A stretch of DNA of 64,000 nucleotides. Source: Candidatus Pacebacteria bacterium CG_4_9_14_0_2_um_filter_40_15 (GTDB lineage: Bacteria > Patescibacteriota > Microgenomatia > UBA1400 > PJMF01). This document shows positions 37,172 through 47,542 of this stretch, in pieces. The DNA lies in NCBI GenBank assembly GCA_002788675.1, contig PFRS01000005.1:67731-131730 (forward strand), in the 5' to 3' direction. How positions within the stretch are numbered: position 1 is the first letter of the stretch; every line of letters starts with the position of its first letter. Under the pieces are notes generated by a model that had not been told where the DNA came from, made no database searches, and saw only the letters and a list, made by a program, of their open reading frames with translations. Both the position numbers and the translations under genes were made by a program.

Positions 37172-38803
37172 TTACCCATTTTTACTGTCAGTAAGCACCA
37201 TTTGTAGAGATACTCTATCTCGCCAAATATTTTTTTCGATAACTCCAACTACGGTGATCTTTGCACCTATTTCTAATTCAGAAACTAAACGAGCTTTCCT
37301 CCAACCAATAATTTTTAGTGGCTGCATATCTTCAGCAAGTTGCACGGTCATCATTAAGTGAGCGTTATCTTTACCCATAGTTTTTGCTGAAAGTACAGAA
37401 ACATCTTTAAGTGAAAAAATAGGATAGTCATTTCCACTTCCAAAAGGAGCAAAAGAACTAAGCACATCAACTAATTCAAGCGAGACAAGGTCAACAGGAA
37501 GCTGTGATTCAATTGTTAATGGGGATTCTAACATTTCAGCTGAGATGGCTGTTAATGCTTCAGACTGAATTTCAGAAATAAGTTGTTCCATTTTTACCGT
37601 TTCAACACCAAAACCAGCCGCCATTGGATGGCCGCCGAGTGATGTCATACTCTTCTTAAATGTACGAAGGTAGTTAGTAACATGCACACCCGGAATTGAG
37701 CGAACTGATGCCTTCGCAGTCGCCTCAGATACAGATAAAACAATTGCAGGCTTTGAGAATTTTTCTACCAATCGTCCTGCTATTAATCCAATTATTCCCT
37801 CATGAAACTCTGGTGAGTGGACTACTAGTATATGTTCTTCTTCTTGCTGTTTTGCTTGGGTGAGTGCGAGTTCGTACAGATCGCGCGTTAACTCCTGACG
37901 TTCAGTATTAGTTGACGTCAGCACCTGAGTAAGCTGAGCGACTTGTTGTGGGTTCTGTGAACAAAGTAAGCGCAGAGCATCCATTCCATGTGCTAAACGC
38001 CCCATTGCATTGATTCTAGGAGCAAGAACAAAGCCAATTGTAGTACTATCTAACTGTTTTTGATCAACTGTAGCTGCTGCCAACAGTGATTTAATTCCAC
38101 GCCGGGGAGTAACTTGTAAAGCGTTGATTCCATGGTAGGCAAATGCTCTGTTTGCATCAAACAGTGGCACTTGATCTGCAATTGTTGCAATACCCACTAA
38201 ATCTAAAAGTTGCCCAGCGGCTTCTTTAGAGAGAAGGTCGCGAACTAACATCCAGGCAACACTTGCCCCACAAAGCTCAGTTGAGTGTACAACCGCAATC
38301 GCCACTGGAAGAGTGTCTTCTGGTTGATGATGATCAGTTAAAATTAAATCTATCGACTTCTCTTTTAAGAACGTTGCAGCTTCATGCGCAACAATGCCAT
38401 TATCCACAGTAATAATTAGATCAGGATTATGTGTTTCAATTACTTCTTCCAAAGCAGCTACCGACAAACCGTAGCCATGCTTATCACGCAAAGGAATGAA
38501 TGGTTGAGCTACTAAACCAAATTCTTTAAGAGCTAGCCAAACTGTTGCCGCAGCTGTTATTCCATCAGCATCGTAATCGCCAAAAATAACTACTTTTTCT
38601 TTTTTGCTTTTGGCCACTACTAGGCGTTTATGAGCAATTGTAAGCTGTTTTGCATCTAATCCACACTCTTTTAAACTCAGTTCGAGCGGATGAGTTGGAT
38701 TAAAAAAACTTTTTTCATCCTTAATTGATCGATTTTTTAAGAGCAAAGATTTTAGATCTTCTAGTGTCTTTGGATGTTTGTCTGAGAGGTACTGCCATTT
38801 CAT
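37172..38803 (-). CDS. recJ: Single-stranded-DNA-specific exonuclease RecJ
   Basis: GDYDADG, TVDNG, TDHH, PRINAMGR and GGHPMAAG motifs. Confidence 0.96.
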   Translation of the reverse strand: MKWQYLSDKHPKTLEDLKSLLLKNRSIKDEKSFFNPTHPLELSLKECGLDAKQLTIAHKRLVVAKSKKEKVVIFGDYDADGITAAATVWLALKEFGLVAQPFIPLRDKHGYGLSVAALEEVIETHNPDLIITVDNGIVAHEAATFLKEKSIDLILTDHHQPEDTLPVAIAVVHSTELCGASVAWMLVRDLLSKEAAGQLLDLVGIATIADQVPLFDANRAFAYHGINALQVTPRRGIKSLLAAATVDQKQLDSTTIGFVLAPRINAMGRLAHGMDALRLLCSQNPQQVAQLTQVLTSTNTERQELTRDLYELALTQAKQQEEEHILVVHSPEFHEGIIGLIAGRLVEKFSKPAIVLSVSEATAKASVRSIPGVHVTNYLRTFKKSMTSLGGHPMAAGFGVETVKMEQLISEIQSEALTAISAEMLESPLTIESQLPVDLVSLELVDVLSSFAPFGSGNDYPIFSLKDVSVLSAKTMGKDNAHLMMTVQLAEDMQPLKIIGWRKARLVSELEIGAKITVVGVIEKNIWRDRVSLQMVLTDSKNG

Positions 38804-38885
38804 AGAGATACTGTACGTCATACCATTCAAAAAGAAAAGCCCCCCTCCTCGTTTTATTACTCATAATTAGCTATAATAGCTACAC

Positions 38886-40466
38886 ATGAACATCAAAATT
38901 GATACAGAAGCACTCTTTATTCTTCACACGCTCCAATCAGCTGGCTTTGAGGCATATATTGTGGGTGGTGCTGTGCGTGATATATTGCTTGCCGTCGATG
39001 ATACAGCTATTCAAGTAACAGACTACGACTTCACTACAAATGCTCAACCAGACCAAATCTTAGCACTCTTACCTGATTCATTTTATGAAAACGCTTTTGG
39101 CACAGTAAGTATTACAAGTGAACATATTAAAGAACAAATTCAAGGAACATTTGAAACTTCTTCACCCAAAAATAGTGCGACAAAACATTCTGACAAACTC
39201 ATTGATCTTCAAACAGCTTCAAAAATTCATGAATCTCTACAAGAAAACTTGAGTGAAATTCCTGATATCAATCCAGATATAGCTCCAAGTTCTTCGGCCA
39301 TAAAAGATTTGTATGAAATTACGACCTTTCGCTCAGATGGTTCATACAATAACCACCGCCATCCAGATACAATTACTTGGGGAAAATCTCTTAAAGAAGA
39401 TTTAGACCGCCGAGATTTCACCATCAATGCACTGGCGCTCTCGATTTCAAAAGACTTTTGTTCCAGTGTAACCACTCAAGACAGCCTTTCTCCTCAGACT
39501 GATGTTCCTCAAAAAGAATACACCATTATTGATGAACACCAAGGTATCACAGATCTAAATTCCTCACTTATTCGAACCGTCGGTAATCCTCATAAACGCT
39601 TTACTGAAGATGCCCTGCGTATTCTCAGAGCCATTAGATTTTCAGTACAACTTAATATGCAAATAGAAGATGCAACGTACTCTGCAATTGTTGAACTGGC
39701 AAGTCACCTTGAGCATATTAGCTGGGAACGCATTCGAGATGAATTTCTAAAAATGTTGGCTTCATCATATCCACGGGAAGCTATCGAAATCTTAGATGCT
39801 ACTGGTTGTCTCACGTATATCTTGCCAGAACTACTAGAAGGAAAAGGCGTTCAACAAGGCGGCCACCATACCACCGACGTTTGGGAACATGCTTTAGCTG
39901 CACTCGCTTCGTGTCCATCTCCTGACCCAATTGTCCGACTAGCAACACTGATTCACGATATTGGTAAACCTGCCACTCATAAGCTTATTCATGGAGAACC
40001 AACCTTCTATAACCATGAAGTAATTGGCTCACGTATGGCAAAAACTATTGCCTACCGATTCAGACTTTCGAAACAAGAAACTGAACGGCTCTTTATTCTT
40101 GTGCGTTTCCACATGTTCTATTATCAACCAGAAAATTCTGATGCCTCAATCAGAAGATTTATGCGAAAAGTTGGTTTAGAAAATATTGATGACATCTTAG
40201 ACTTACGAGAAGCAGATCGGCTTGGCAGCGGTGCAAAAAAAACCAGTTGGCGTCTTGAAGAAATGAAGGCACGAATGGTTGAACAACTCCATCAACCATT
40301 TGAAATTAAAGATTTAGCCATTAATGGTCATGATTTAATGAGTGAACTTAATCTTCAGCCTGGGCCAAAGCTTGGTGTAATACTCCAACAGTTATTCGAA
40401 GAAGTTTTAGAAAACCCTGAACTAAATACAAAAGAAATTTTGCTTAAAAAAGCACAAGAAATCTAA
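38886..40466 (+). CDS. cca: CCA tRNA nucleotidyltransferase with HD domain
   Basis: VGGAVRD..DYDFTT, EITTFR, RRDFTINA, EDALRILRAIRF and IHDIGKP motifs. Confidence 0.9.
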   Translation: MNIKIDTEALFILHTLQSAGFEAYIVGGAVRDILLAVDDTAIQVTDYDFTTNAQPDQILALLPDSFYENAFGTVSITSEHIKEQIQGTFETSSPKNSATKHSDKLIDLQTASKIHESLQENLSEIPDINPDIAPSSSAIKDLYEITTFRSDGSYNNHRHPDTITWGKSLKEDLDRRDFTINALALSISKDFCSSVTTQDSLSPQTDVPQKEYTIIDEHQGITDLNSSLIRTVGNPHKRFTEDALRILRAIRFSVQLNMQIEDATYSAIVELASHLEHISWERIRDEFLKMLASSYPREAIEILDATGCLTYILPELLEGKGVQQGGHHTTDVWEHALAALASCPSPDPIVRLATLIHDIGKPATHKLIHGEPTFYNHEVIGSRMAKTIAYRFRLSKQETERLFILVRFHMFYYQPENSDASIRRFMRKVGLENIDDILDLREADRLGSGAKKTSWRLEEMKARMVEQLHQPFEIKDLAINGHDLMSELNLQPGPKLGVILQQLFEEVLENPELNTKEILLKKAQEI

Positions 40467-40495
40467 CGTATCAGTCTGGTACGAATAGTCCTGAA

Positions 40496-41383
40496 CTATT
40501 TTCTCTTTTTAAGTGCTGCTCGTTTTACAGCAACCTCATCCCAAAGAATGAGTAATGGAGCTGCTAAAAAGGTTGATGAATACGTTCCTACAATAGCTCC
40601 AACTAATAATGCAACAGAAAACCATCGGATTGATGCTCCGCCAAGTAATACCAGTGCAGCCAACATAACAATAATAGTTACAGAGTTATTGATTGAACGA
40701 CTAACTGTTTCGATAATAGCATCATTCACTGTTGCCTCAAAAGCTTGGCGACGTTGTTTTAGTCTGAGTTCAAGAATACGGTGGAAAACCACAACAGTAT
40801 CATGAATAGAAAATGACAGCGTGGTGAGTAAAGCTGTTACAAACAGAATATCCACTTGGACCTCATAGAAATGTCCAAGTAAACTAAACACTCCCAATAA
40901 TATGAGTGAATCATGGAGCATTGCCGTCACAGCACAGACGCCATACTTTAGCTCCGAGAACTGCCTCCACACATAAAGTGTAATCACACCTGTGACTAGC
41001 AAAATTGCTATCCCAGTCTTATATAATAATTCTCCACTAATAGTTGGACCAACAATCTCAAATTTAATGATTTCTGTTGTACCAGCCCTTTCAGCTAATT
41101 TTTCAATAATTTGAGACTGGGCTGAACCTTCAATCGTAGGACCTTTTAATAGTAACTGTTTGTCTCCTGAGAACTGAATACTTGTTGGCTCATAGACATC
41201 AGCAAGCAGTGGATACAGTTCTTCAACAGTAAAATCGTTTTTTTCTACTGCTACTTCTACCAGTGAACCACCGGTAAAGTCGACTGATGGAACGAGTCTA
41301 AAGACAATCAAAGAGACAATGCTTATTAACACTAACACACTTGAAAACATAAAGTAGAGTTTGCGATATTTCATTATGTTCAT
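40496..41383 (-). CDS. secF: Protein translocase subunit SecF
   Basis: VDFTGGS, VGPTIS, HDTVVVFHRI, RSINNS and GTYSS motifs. Confidence 0.95.
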   Translation of the reverse strand: MNIMKYRKLYFMFSSVLVLISIVSLIVFRLVPSVDFTGGSLVEVAVEKNDFTVEELYPLLADVYEPTSIQFSGDKQLLLKGPTIEGSAQSQIIEKLAERAGTTEIIKFEIVGPTISGELLYKTGIAILLVTGVITLYVWRQFSELKYGVCAVTAMLHDSLILLGVFSLLGHFYEVQVDILFVTALLTTLSFSIHDTVVVFHRILELRLKQRRQAFEATVNDAIIETVSRSINNSVTIIVMLAALVLLGGASIRWFSVALLVGAIVGTYSSTFLAAPLLILWDEVAVKRAALKKRK

Positions 41384-42756
41384 GCTGAAACCTTCATTTT
41401 AGCGGTTCGCTCGGTAATAAATAACCTCATGAGCGTTCGCGTTACTAACACACCGGTAAAGAGCCCAAGTACTACTCCAATAAGCAAGGTAATGCCAAAT
41501 CCTCGAACCAAACCACTTCTGTTTAAAAATGAGAAATCCATAGGGTTGATGAGCACAAGAGCGGTGAAGATGGTAATACTATTTGCGTCTTTAATGCTGT
41601 CCCAGGCTTTTCCAAAACCATTTTCCATAGCTATTGCGAATGGAATACCTTTTCTCAGCTCTTCTTTCATACGCTCAAAAATAAGAATATTAGCATCAAC
41701 TGCCATACCTATAGAAAGTAACAGTCCTGCAATACCTGGTAGTGTGAGTGTAACGCCAATTACTTTGTAAAGTGCTAAGGTAACAACCGCATAAATAACA
41801 AGAGCAACACTTGCAACAATGCCTTGTGCTCCATAATAGAGAATCATAAAGAACATCACTAAACCAATGCCCACGATACCCGCCTGGATACTCTGCTGCA
41901 CTGAAGTATCTCCAAGTGATGCGCCCAAAGTTCGCAGTTCAAGAACAGCTATTGGCACAGGTAGTGCTCCGGCATTAAGTTGTACTGAAAGCTGCTGCGC
42001 TTCTTCAACAGTAAATCCACCAGTAATTGTTGCTTCTCCTGTTAAAATTGGGACCTGAATAACTGGAGCCATAATCATTGATCCATCAACAAAAATCCCC
42101 ATTGGCTTACCAACATTCTGTGTAGTGATATCACTAAAGAGTTTACTTCCTTCTGAGTCAAACTGCAAAGCGACAAGTGGCTCGCCTGTTTGTTGATCAA
42201 ACTGAACTGACGATTTTTTAAGCATTTGACCCGTAAGGCCAGTTGGAACAATTGTTACCCCAGACAGCGTAGCTTCTGGGCTTTCTGGATCAGGTTCTTG
42301 GAATAAACCAAATTCAAGCTGAGCTGTTTGTCCAACAAGAGCAAGCGCATCATTTGAGTCACTCAATCCTGGCAGCTCCACATTAATTCTATAGCTCTCA
42401 TCAGCTACAGATGTTTGCACAACAGGCTCAGAGATACCATACAAATCGACACGACGAGAAATAATTTCTTTTGCAGAGGCAAGGGCATCTGCTCTGTCGG
42501 CTTGTTCAATTCCAGACATGTCTGCTTCAAGCACAACCTGCATACCACCTTGGATATCCAAACCTTGTTTGAATTCAAATTCCTTATGTACAGGTGTTCC
42601 AAAAAAAGAATAATCTATAACAGGAGAGCCAACCACAAACGAAAAATCTTTACCAAAGGCATTTAAGGAGATGGGTAGTGATTTAGGTAAAGCAATGCTC
42701 GCTGAAATAATAAAGGTGAGCACTATCCCTAAAAAAAGTACTTTCGTTCTTTCCAT
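41380..42756 (-). CDS. secD: Protein translocase subunit SecD
   Basis: GLDIQGG, LNAGALP, LTLPGIAG and GMAVDANILIFER motifs; ATGA overlap with secF. Confidence 0.96.
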   Translation of the reverse strand: MERTKVLFLGIVLTFIISASIALPKSLPISLNAFGKDFSFVVGSPVIDYSFFGTPVHKEFEFKQGLDIQGGMQVVLEADMSGIEQADRADALASAKEIISRRVDLYGISEPVVQTSVADESYRINVELPGLSDSNDALALVGQTAQLEFGLFQEPDPESPEATLSGVTIVPTGLTGQMLKKSSVQFDQQTGEPLVALQFDSEGSKLFSDITTQNVGKPMGIFVDGSMIMAPVIQVPILTGEATITGGFTVEEAQQLSVQLNAGALPVPIAVLELRTLGASLGDTSVQQSIQAGIVGIGLVMFFMILYYGAQGIVASVALVIYAVVTLALYKVIGVTLTLPGIAGLLLSIGMAVDANILIFERMKEELRKGIPFAIAMENGFGKAWDSIKDANSITIFTALVLINPMDFSFLNRSGLVRGFGITLLIGVVLGLFTGVLVTRTLMRLFITERTAKMKVSA

Positions 42757-42781
42757 ACTGTCTTTCTATCTAGTTGGGCAA

Positions 42782-43381
42782 TTATAATCCTGGAGTTTTA
42801 CGTTCTACGAACTCAACTTCACTTCCAAGTACCATCACACGAGTTCCAAAAAGAACATCCATCATGAATGGATCTCGGCGAGTTTTTCTAAACTCGAACT
42901 CTTCGTCTGAAAATACTGCATAGTTAATTTCACGATCGTGCTTTTTTTCTTCTTGCTTAATGAGTTGCTCGAGTTCTGGTAACACAATTTCACCGACAAC
43001 TAACAAATCAACTTCACCTTGACTGGGAGCCAACCCCTGCACAAACTTACCTGAGAACATGACAAAACTGACCTGTCCGAGTTTACGTCTGTACTTTCGT
43101 ATTTTTTCACCCAAACCAGTGCTCTTTACTACCATCTGCTGTAACTCTTGATGATATAAATACCGTTTATTGAGTTGATAATAGAGTCTATTACCCCGTT
43201 CTTCAGACCTGAGCATACCATTTCCAAGCATACGGTCGAGTTCACGACGAACAGCATTAATTTCTTCTTTAATAGCGCGTGTTATCTCTCTAACATAGTA
43301 CATTTCTTCAGAATTTGAGTAAAAGAGTTCCACCATTTTGACTCTCACTCTGGAGATCATGAAGTCTTGTAAATCGCTCAT
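42782..43381 (-). CDS. Winged-HTH protein fused to a degenerate minimal nucleotidyltransferase domain
   Basis: YVREITR...INAVRRELD...GNRLYY HTH, then FSGKF...EVDLLVVG and REINY. Confidence 0.75.
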   Translation of the reverse strand: MSDLQDFMISRVRVKMVELFYSNSEEMYYVREITRAIKEEINAVRRELDRMLGNGMLRSEERGNRLYYQLNKRYLYHQELQQMVVKSTGLGEKIRKYRRKLGQVSFVMFSGKFVQGLAPSQGEVDLLVVGEIVLPELEQLIKQEEKKHDREINYAVFSDEEFEFRKTRRDPFMMDVLFGTRVMVLGSEVEFVERKTPGL

Positions 43382-43397
43382 AAGATCGCCTCTTCTT

Positions 43398-44606
43398 TTA
43401 GTACGTAATTTCAGTTCCAACATCAACTACAGAGATCCAAGTCAGACCTCGAGCTAACTCTAAATCATTACCCTTGTTGTCAGTAAAGGTGAGTTCATCT
43501 TCACGGGTCTTTTTTGACCATCTTGCGCTGATCGCTTCGCCATTCTTGAAGATTGTAGCTTTACCTGTTCCAGTTGTTGTATAGAGCATGTGTTTAAGTT
43601 CATCAATTGGACCTTTTTCAGTTGCAAAAAGCACAATTACATTTGCAGCTTCTATTTGCTTATCAGTATTAAGATCAATATGAGACTCCCCAGCTAAAGT
43701 TCTTTGATACATCTTCTTTTCTGGATTGTATGCCCATGCTACACCAAACTGTGCAAAGCCATCCCAAAATTCATATGAAACTTTAGAAACACTGCCATCA
43801 GCAGGGACTTCTTTTTGGAAAGTCCAAGGTGTATAGCCATCCTTCCAATCTTCTTCTTTGTAGGTAATTCTACCAATTCTTCGAGCAGGTGCCATATTTG
43901 TCCAATCACGTTTTTCTGCTGCATAGGTCCAAAGTTTTTCTGTTGAACTTTCCATGGTGTGTTCTGTTGCCACGTCTTTATCTAAGCGATTAGCGTTTCG
44001 ATAAAACGTTGGGAAACCAATTGAAAATTGATTTAAATCATTTTCTTGATTCCAGCCGTAATCACCAAGCTGACCTAAGGCATCAGCCGGGCCAGGCAAG
44101 TTTGCTCCACCAACATGTACATAAAGAGGGAAGTTAAATCCTGAAGCCCACTCTATAAAGTAGCTTCTGGCAGAACGTACTGGTGCTAAAGTAATGTCAT
44201 AGCGTTGGGCATCACAGTAGAAAATCGCCATGAAACGTGTTACGCCACCTTCAGCCATTGCCTCAAAAACTATATCCGCATTGCCCAAACCAGATTGTGG
44301 TCGTGCATCAGGACTATTTTCGATCATAACTGCTAACGGTCGTCGTTGTTCCCAAGCCTTTCGTTCTGTTTGAGTGTACATGTCACCATTTAGTGGACAC
44401 ACTTGGTCTTTAGGCTCTTTTGGATCAATTTCTAAAAGGGAACCTAATGCTGTTTCTTCATCTTCATCTACAGCTACGTCAGTTTGCTGGACTCCACCAA
44501 GTAGCGCCGTTGTCGTTGGACTTGCTAAAAACGCAAATGCTCCAAAAGAAACAAATGCAGATAAAAAGTATAGTGAAACAATGATTATGACTGTTTTCTT
44601 ATTCAT
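43398..44606 (-). CDS. DUF3048 domain membrane-anchored protein
   Basis: RPLAVMIENSPDARPQSGL, AEGGVTRF, PVRSAR and RGLTWI motifs. Confidence 0.85.
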   Translation of the reverse strand: MNKKTVIIIVSLYFLSAFVSFGAFAFLASPTTTALLGGVQQTDVAVDEDEETALGSLLEIDPKEPKDQVCPLNGDMYTQTERKAWEQRRPLAVMIENSPDARPQSGLGNADIVFEAMAEGGVTRFMAIFYCDAQRYDITLAPVRSARSYFIEWASGFNFPLYVHVGGANLPGPADALGQLGDYGWNQENDLNQFSIGFPTFYRNANRLDKDVATEHTMESSTEKLWTYAAEKRDWTNMAPARRIGRITYKEEDWKDGYTPWTFQKEVPADGSVSKVSYEFWDGFAQFGVAWAYNPEKKMYQRTLAGESHIDLNTDKQIEAANVIVLFATEKGPIDELKHMLYTTTGTGKATIFKNGEAISARWSKKTREDELTFTDNKGNDLELARGLTWISVVDVGTEITY

Positions 44607-44616
44607 GAATTTTCCC

Positions 44617-44889
44617 CTATCGAATGTACAGATAAATACCAAACAGTATACAGAAAACTACTGCAGTCACTATACCAGTTTTACGTAGGTCTTGGTATAG
44701 AAGTTTAGTCATTTCTGCGCCGAAACTTGATTTTACTCCGTTTTTTGCAATTGGTGTAGTAGCTTTTTTAGTAACCACCGTGGTAACTTCTGGGTCCACT
44801 ACAGATACGCCATTTTCAGAGAAAACAAACTCCATTTTCCTTTTGGACTCGACTTTCTGTTTTTGTTTTTTTGTTCTTTTTTTTGCCAT
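44617..44889 (-). CDS. Small basic protein with C-terminal TM helix
   Basis: 90-aa ORF in the operon; Lys-rich N-terminus; DLRKT followed by a TM helix. Confidence 0.75.
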   Translation of the reverse strand: MAKKRTKKQKQKVESKRKMEFVFSENGVSVVDPEVTTVVTKKATTPIAKNGVKSSFGAEMTKLLYQDLRKTGIVTAVVFCILFGIYLYIR

Positions 44890-44912
44890 AAGTAGTTTCT
44901 CTCTAGTACAAC

Positions 44913-46031
44913 CTAGCCAAATAGTCTTACTACATCTCTAATTGTGATTACAACAATTAAGCCAAGTAAAAGCACATAACCACCGTAATTTAAAAAGTAC
45001 TCAACCTTTTCAGTTTTCTTTCTGCCCAAGACGTGTTCAAAACAAATCAGCACTGCTCGTCCACCATCAAGTGGAGGGATAGGAAGTACGTTCATTACAG
45101 CTAAGTTAATTGAAAGTAATGCAGCAAAAGTAATAATTGAGACAAATCCACCTGAGAGTATCCCTGTTTGCTGAGCTTGATGCACAATACCCACTGGTCC
45201 TGCAACTTCATCCGGGACCGTACGTTTTGTTGCAATGTCGGACACCATGCTTCCCAAAGCGGCCACAATTTGCACACTTAAATCAAATGCCTGTTGAAAA
45301 CCAAAAACTATGCCCCTAAATGGCATCTGCCATGCTGGGTAGTATTCATAGACAACAGATTCAAATGCTATTCCAATGGAGCCTTCTCCTTCAGGTGTTT
45401 CCTCCAAGGTGCGAACATACATCTGATACTCACTCTTGGTAGGATCACAGATAAGTGCTTGGCATTCTCCAGTCGTTTCAACAGTGAGCGTTTCTCCTTT
45501 ATGAGCACTTATTACAGATATAACATCAGTAACTGTTGGTGTTTGTGTGTATTCACCATTAATTGTTACTCCAGTAATGGTTACATTAGTAGGTAGCTGG
45601 GCTTCCTGAGCAGGTGAGTTAGGTGCCACTGCAGCAACTCTCCCTTCGGTCAGCATGTGCGGAATACCCGAACGGGTGAAGATTGCAGCAAAAACAAGCA
45701 CTCCAAAAAAGAAGTTAACTCCTGGGCCAGCCAGAATTATAAGTAACTTTTTCCAAGTATCTGCTTTAAAAAACTCACCACCTTCCGTTTTTTGTTGTGA
45801 CTGTCCTTCTACAGGACCATCTTCACCTTTCATACGCACAAATCCACCGAAAGGAATCCAGTTAAAAGTGAAGTCCGTGCCTCTCCAGGTAAAAAGTTTG
45901 AAGGCTTTAGGAGGATATCCAATACCAAATTCCTCAACAACTACACCAGAACGTACAGCAGCAATAAAGTGCCCGAGTTCATGAATGAAAACAAGAAATG
46001 ATAGTACTAAGATGAATAATAAAATAGACAT
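44913..46031 (-). CDS. rseP: Site-2 protease, M50 family with PDZ domain (RseP-like)
   Basis: HELGH, FGIGYPP, AGPGVN and NVLPIPPLDGG motifs. Confidence 0.92.
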   Translation of the reverse strand: MSILLFILVLSFLVFIHELGHFIAAVRSGVVVEEFGIGYPPKAFKLFTWRGTDFTFNWIPFGGFVRMKGEDGPVEGQSQQKTEGGEFFKADTWKKLLIILAGPGVNFFFGVLVFAAIFTRSGIPHMLTEGRVAAVAPNSPAQEAQLPTNVTITGVTINGEYTQTPTVTDVISVISAHKGETLTVETTGECQALICDPTKSEYQMYVRTLEETPEGEGSIGIAFESVVYEYYPAWQMPFRGIVFGFQQAFDLSVQIVAALGSMVSDIATKRTVPDEVAGPVGIVHQAQQTGILSGGFVSIITFAALLSINLAVMNVLPIPPLDGGRAVLICFEHVLGRKKTEKVEYFLNYGGYVLLLGLIVVITIRDVVRLFG

Positions 46032-46032
46032 G

Positions 46033-46587
46033 TTAAATGGTCATCAAATCTTTTTCTTTCGAAGTAAAGATGTCATCAAGTTTAGTATTGTACTCTTTAA
46101 TGTAAGTTTCAAGTTCTTCTACGTTTTGAGAGATATCGTCTTCACTCACTCCATCTGAACCATCTTGAGCTTCAATTTCTTTTTTTGCATCATTTCTAAT
46201 AGTTCTGATCATTACTCTGCCAGCCTCAATCTTCTTGGCTAATGACTTAACCATTTCTTTCCGTGTCTCCTCAGTTAGTGATGCTACAGCGATACGAATA
46301 ATATCACCATCAACTACTGGGTTTAAGTTAAGCTCTGCGGTTGAAATTCCTTTGGCAATTGGTTCAAGTAAAGATTTATCCCATGGTGAGATAACCAAGA
46401 GTGTAGGATCTGGAGCTTGCACTGAAGCTAGTTCATTAATTCTCATTTTTGAGCCGTAGGCTTCAACAATAACAGGATCAAGCATTTGCACTGAAGCTCT
46501 ACCTGTTCTGAGAGTAGAAATGTCACGACGAATGTGTTCGATCGCCTTATCAAGCTTTTCGGTTACTGAAGTAAATGAGTATGCCAT
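46033..46587 (-). CDS. frr: Ribosome recycling factor
   Basis: LRTGRAS, YGS, LNLNPVVDG, LTEETRKE and KEKDLM motifs. Confidence 0.96.
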   Translation of the reverse strand: MAYSFTSVTEKLDKAIEHIRRDISTLRTGRASVQMLDPVIVEAYGSKMRINELASVQAPDPTLLVISPWDKSLLEPIAKGISTAELNLNPVVDGDIIRIAVASLTEETRKEMVKSLAKKIEAGRVMIRTIRNDAKKEIEAQDGSDGVSEDDISQNVEELETYIKEYNTKLDDIFTSKEKDLMTI

Positions 46588-46675
46588 AGATTCTTTCTGC
46601 AATTGGGTTGAACTAATGCAGTGGTTATTGTATCAAAGTTTGTGATTCTAATATAGACACGATATACTTTGATAT

Positions 46676-47542
46676 ATGAAACTTTCAATCTACGTACAAA
46701 TACTGCAAAATTCACTCACCTCTATCAAGAGATACAATCATTTGCTCTTACTCAGGAATAGCACCATTTTCTGGTACTTTGTCACTTGGATTACCGTTCT
46801 CTCACTTTTGCAGGCTATTCAATTTAGTATTGTAACTATTCCTGAACTCTTTACTGGTCTCTCACATTCTATTGCAGAAGCCACTGAGTACTATCCAGAT
46901 GACTTAGTCCTGCATTGGAATGGTGTTGATACGATATCCAGTTCAATCGACCGCTTTGACGTGTACTATCCATCCGGCTTCGATGCAGATCGCTACACGT
47001 TACCAGCAAACCTTGGTACCTATATAACAACTGACTCAGATCCTGATCTAACTGAGTACTCGAAAAACTTCTTCCTTGCTACACCTCATCACCTCTACTT
47101 ACAGGAAGCTAGTGGTGACTGGAATACGTTTGAATTTTCCACACTTCTGAGTGATACACCTGAAGGAAGTTTGAATAAATCAGATGTGAGAGTGCTTAAT
47201 CAAGTATGGTTAGATCAAAAAGAGTACTTACAACAAGTAGCTCAAGTTGCGGGTGGGCTTATTCGAACAGTTTCCTCTATTGCTTCTAAGACTGTGACTC
47301 TTCTCTTTAGAGCTCTCTTCGTTCTTATGATTGCAAAGTATCTTGCACGTATTCAAACAAATTACAAACGATCACTCAAGCTTGCAGCTCTCTTAACCGT
47401 TCCAGCCATCATTGTCGAGACATGTATTATCTATCTCTACGGGGCGGATATCTATGGACTCAGTGGCTTTACATTCTGGATGCTTTTTACTCTGTATCTT
47501 TGGTTTGGAAAAGTCACTATTAAACAAGTGAAGCGAAGCTAG
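46676..47542 (+). CDS. Hypothetical membrane protein (one N-terminal and about three C-terminal TM helices)
   Basis: 288-aa ORF; topology loosely resembles DUF1189 proteins. Confidence 0.75.
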   Translation: MKLSIYVQILQNSLTSIKRYNHLLLLRNSTIFWYFVTWITVLSLLQAIQFSIVTIPELFTGLSHSIAEATEYYPDDLVLHWNGVDTISSSIDRFDVYYPSGFDADRYTLPANLGTYITTDSDPDLTEYSKNFFLATPHHLYLQEASGDWNTFEFSTLLSDTPEGSLNKSDVRVLNQVWLDQKEYLQQVAQVAGGLIRTVSSIASKTVTLLFRALFVLMIAKYLARIQTNYKRSLKLAALLTVPAIIVETCIIYLYGADIYGLSGFTFWMLFTLYLWFGKVTIKQVKRS

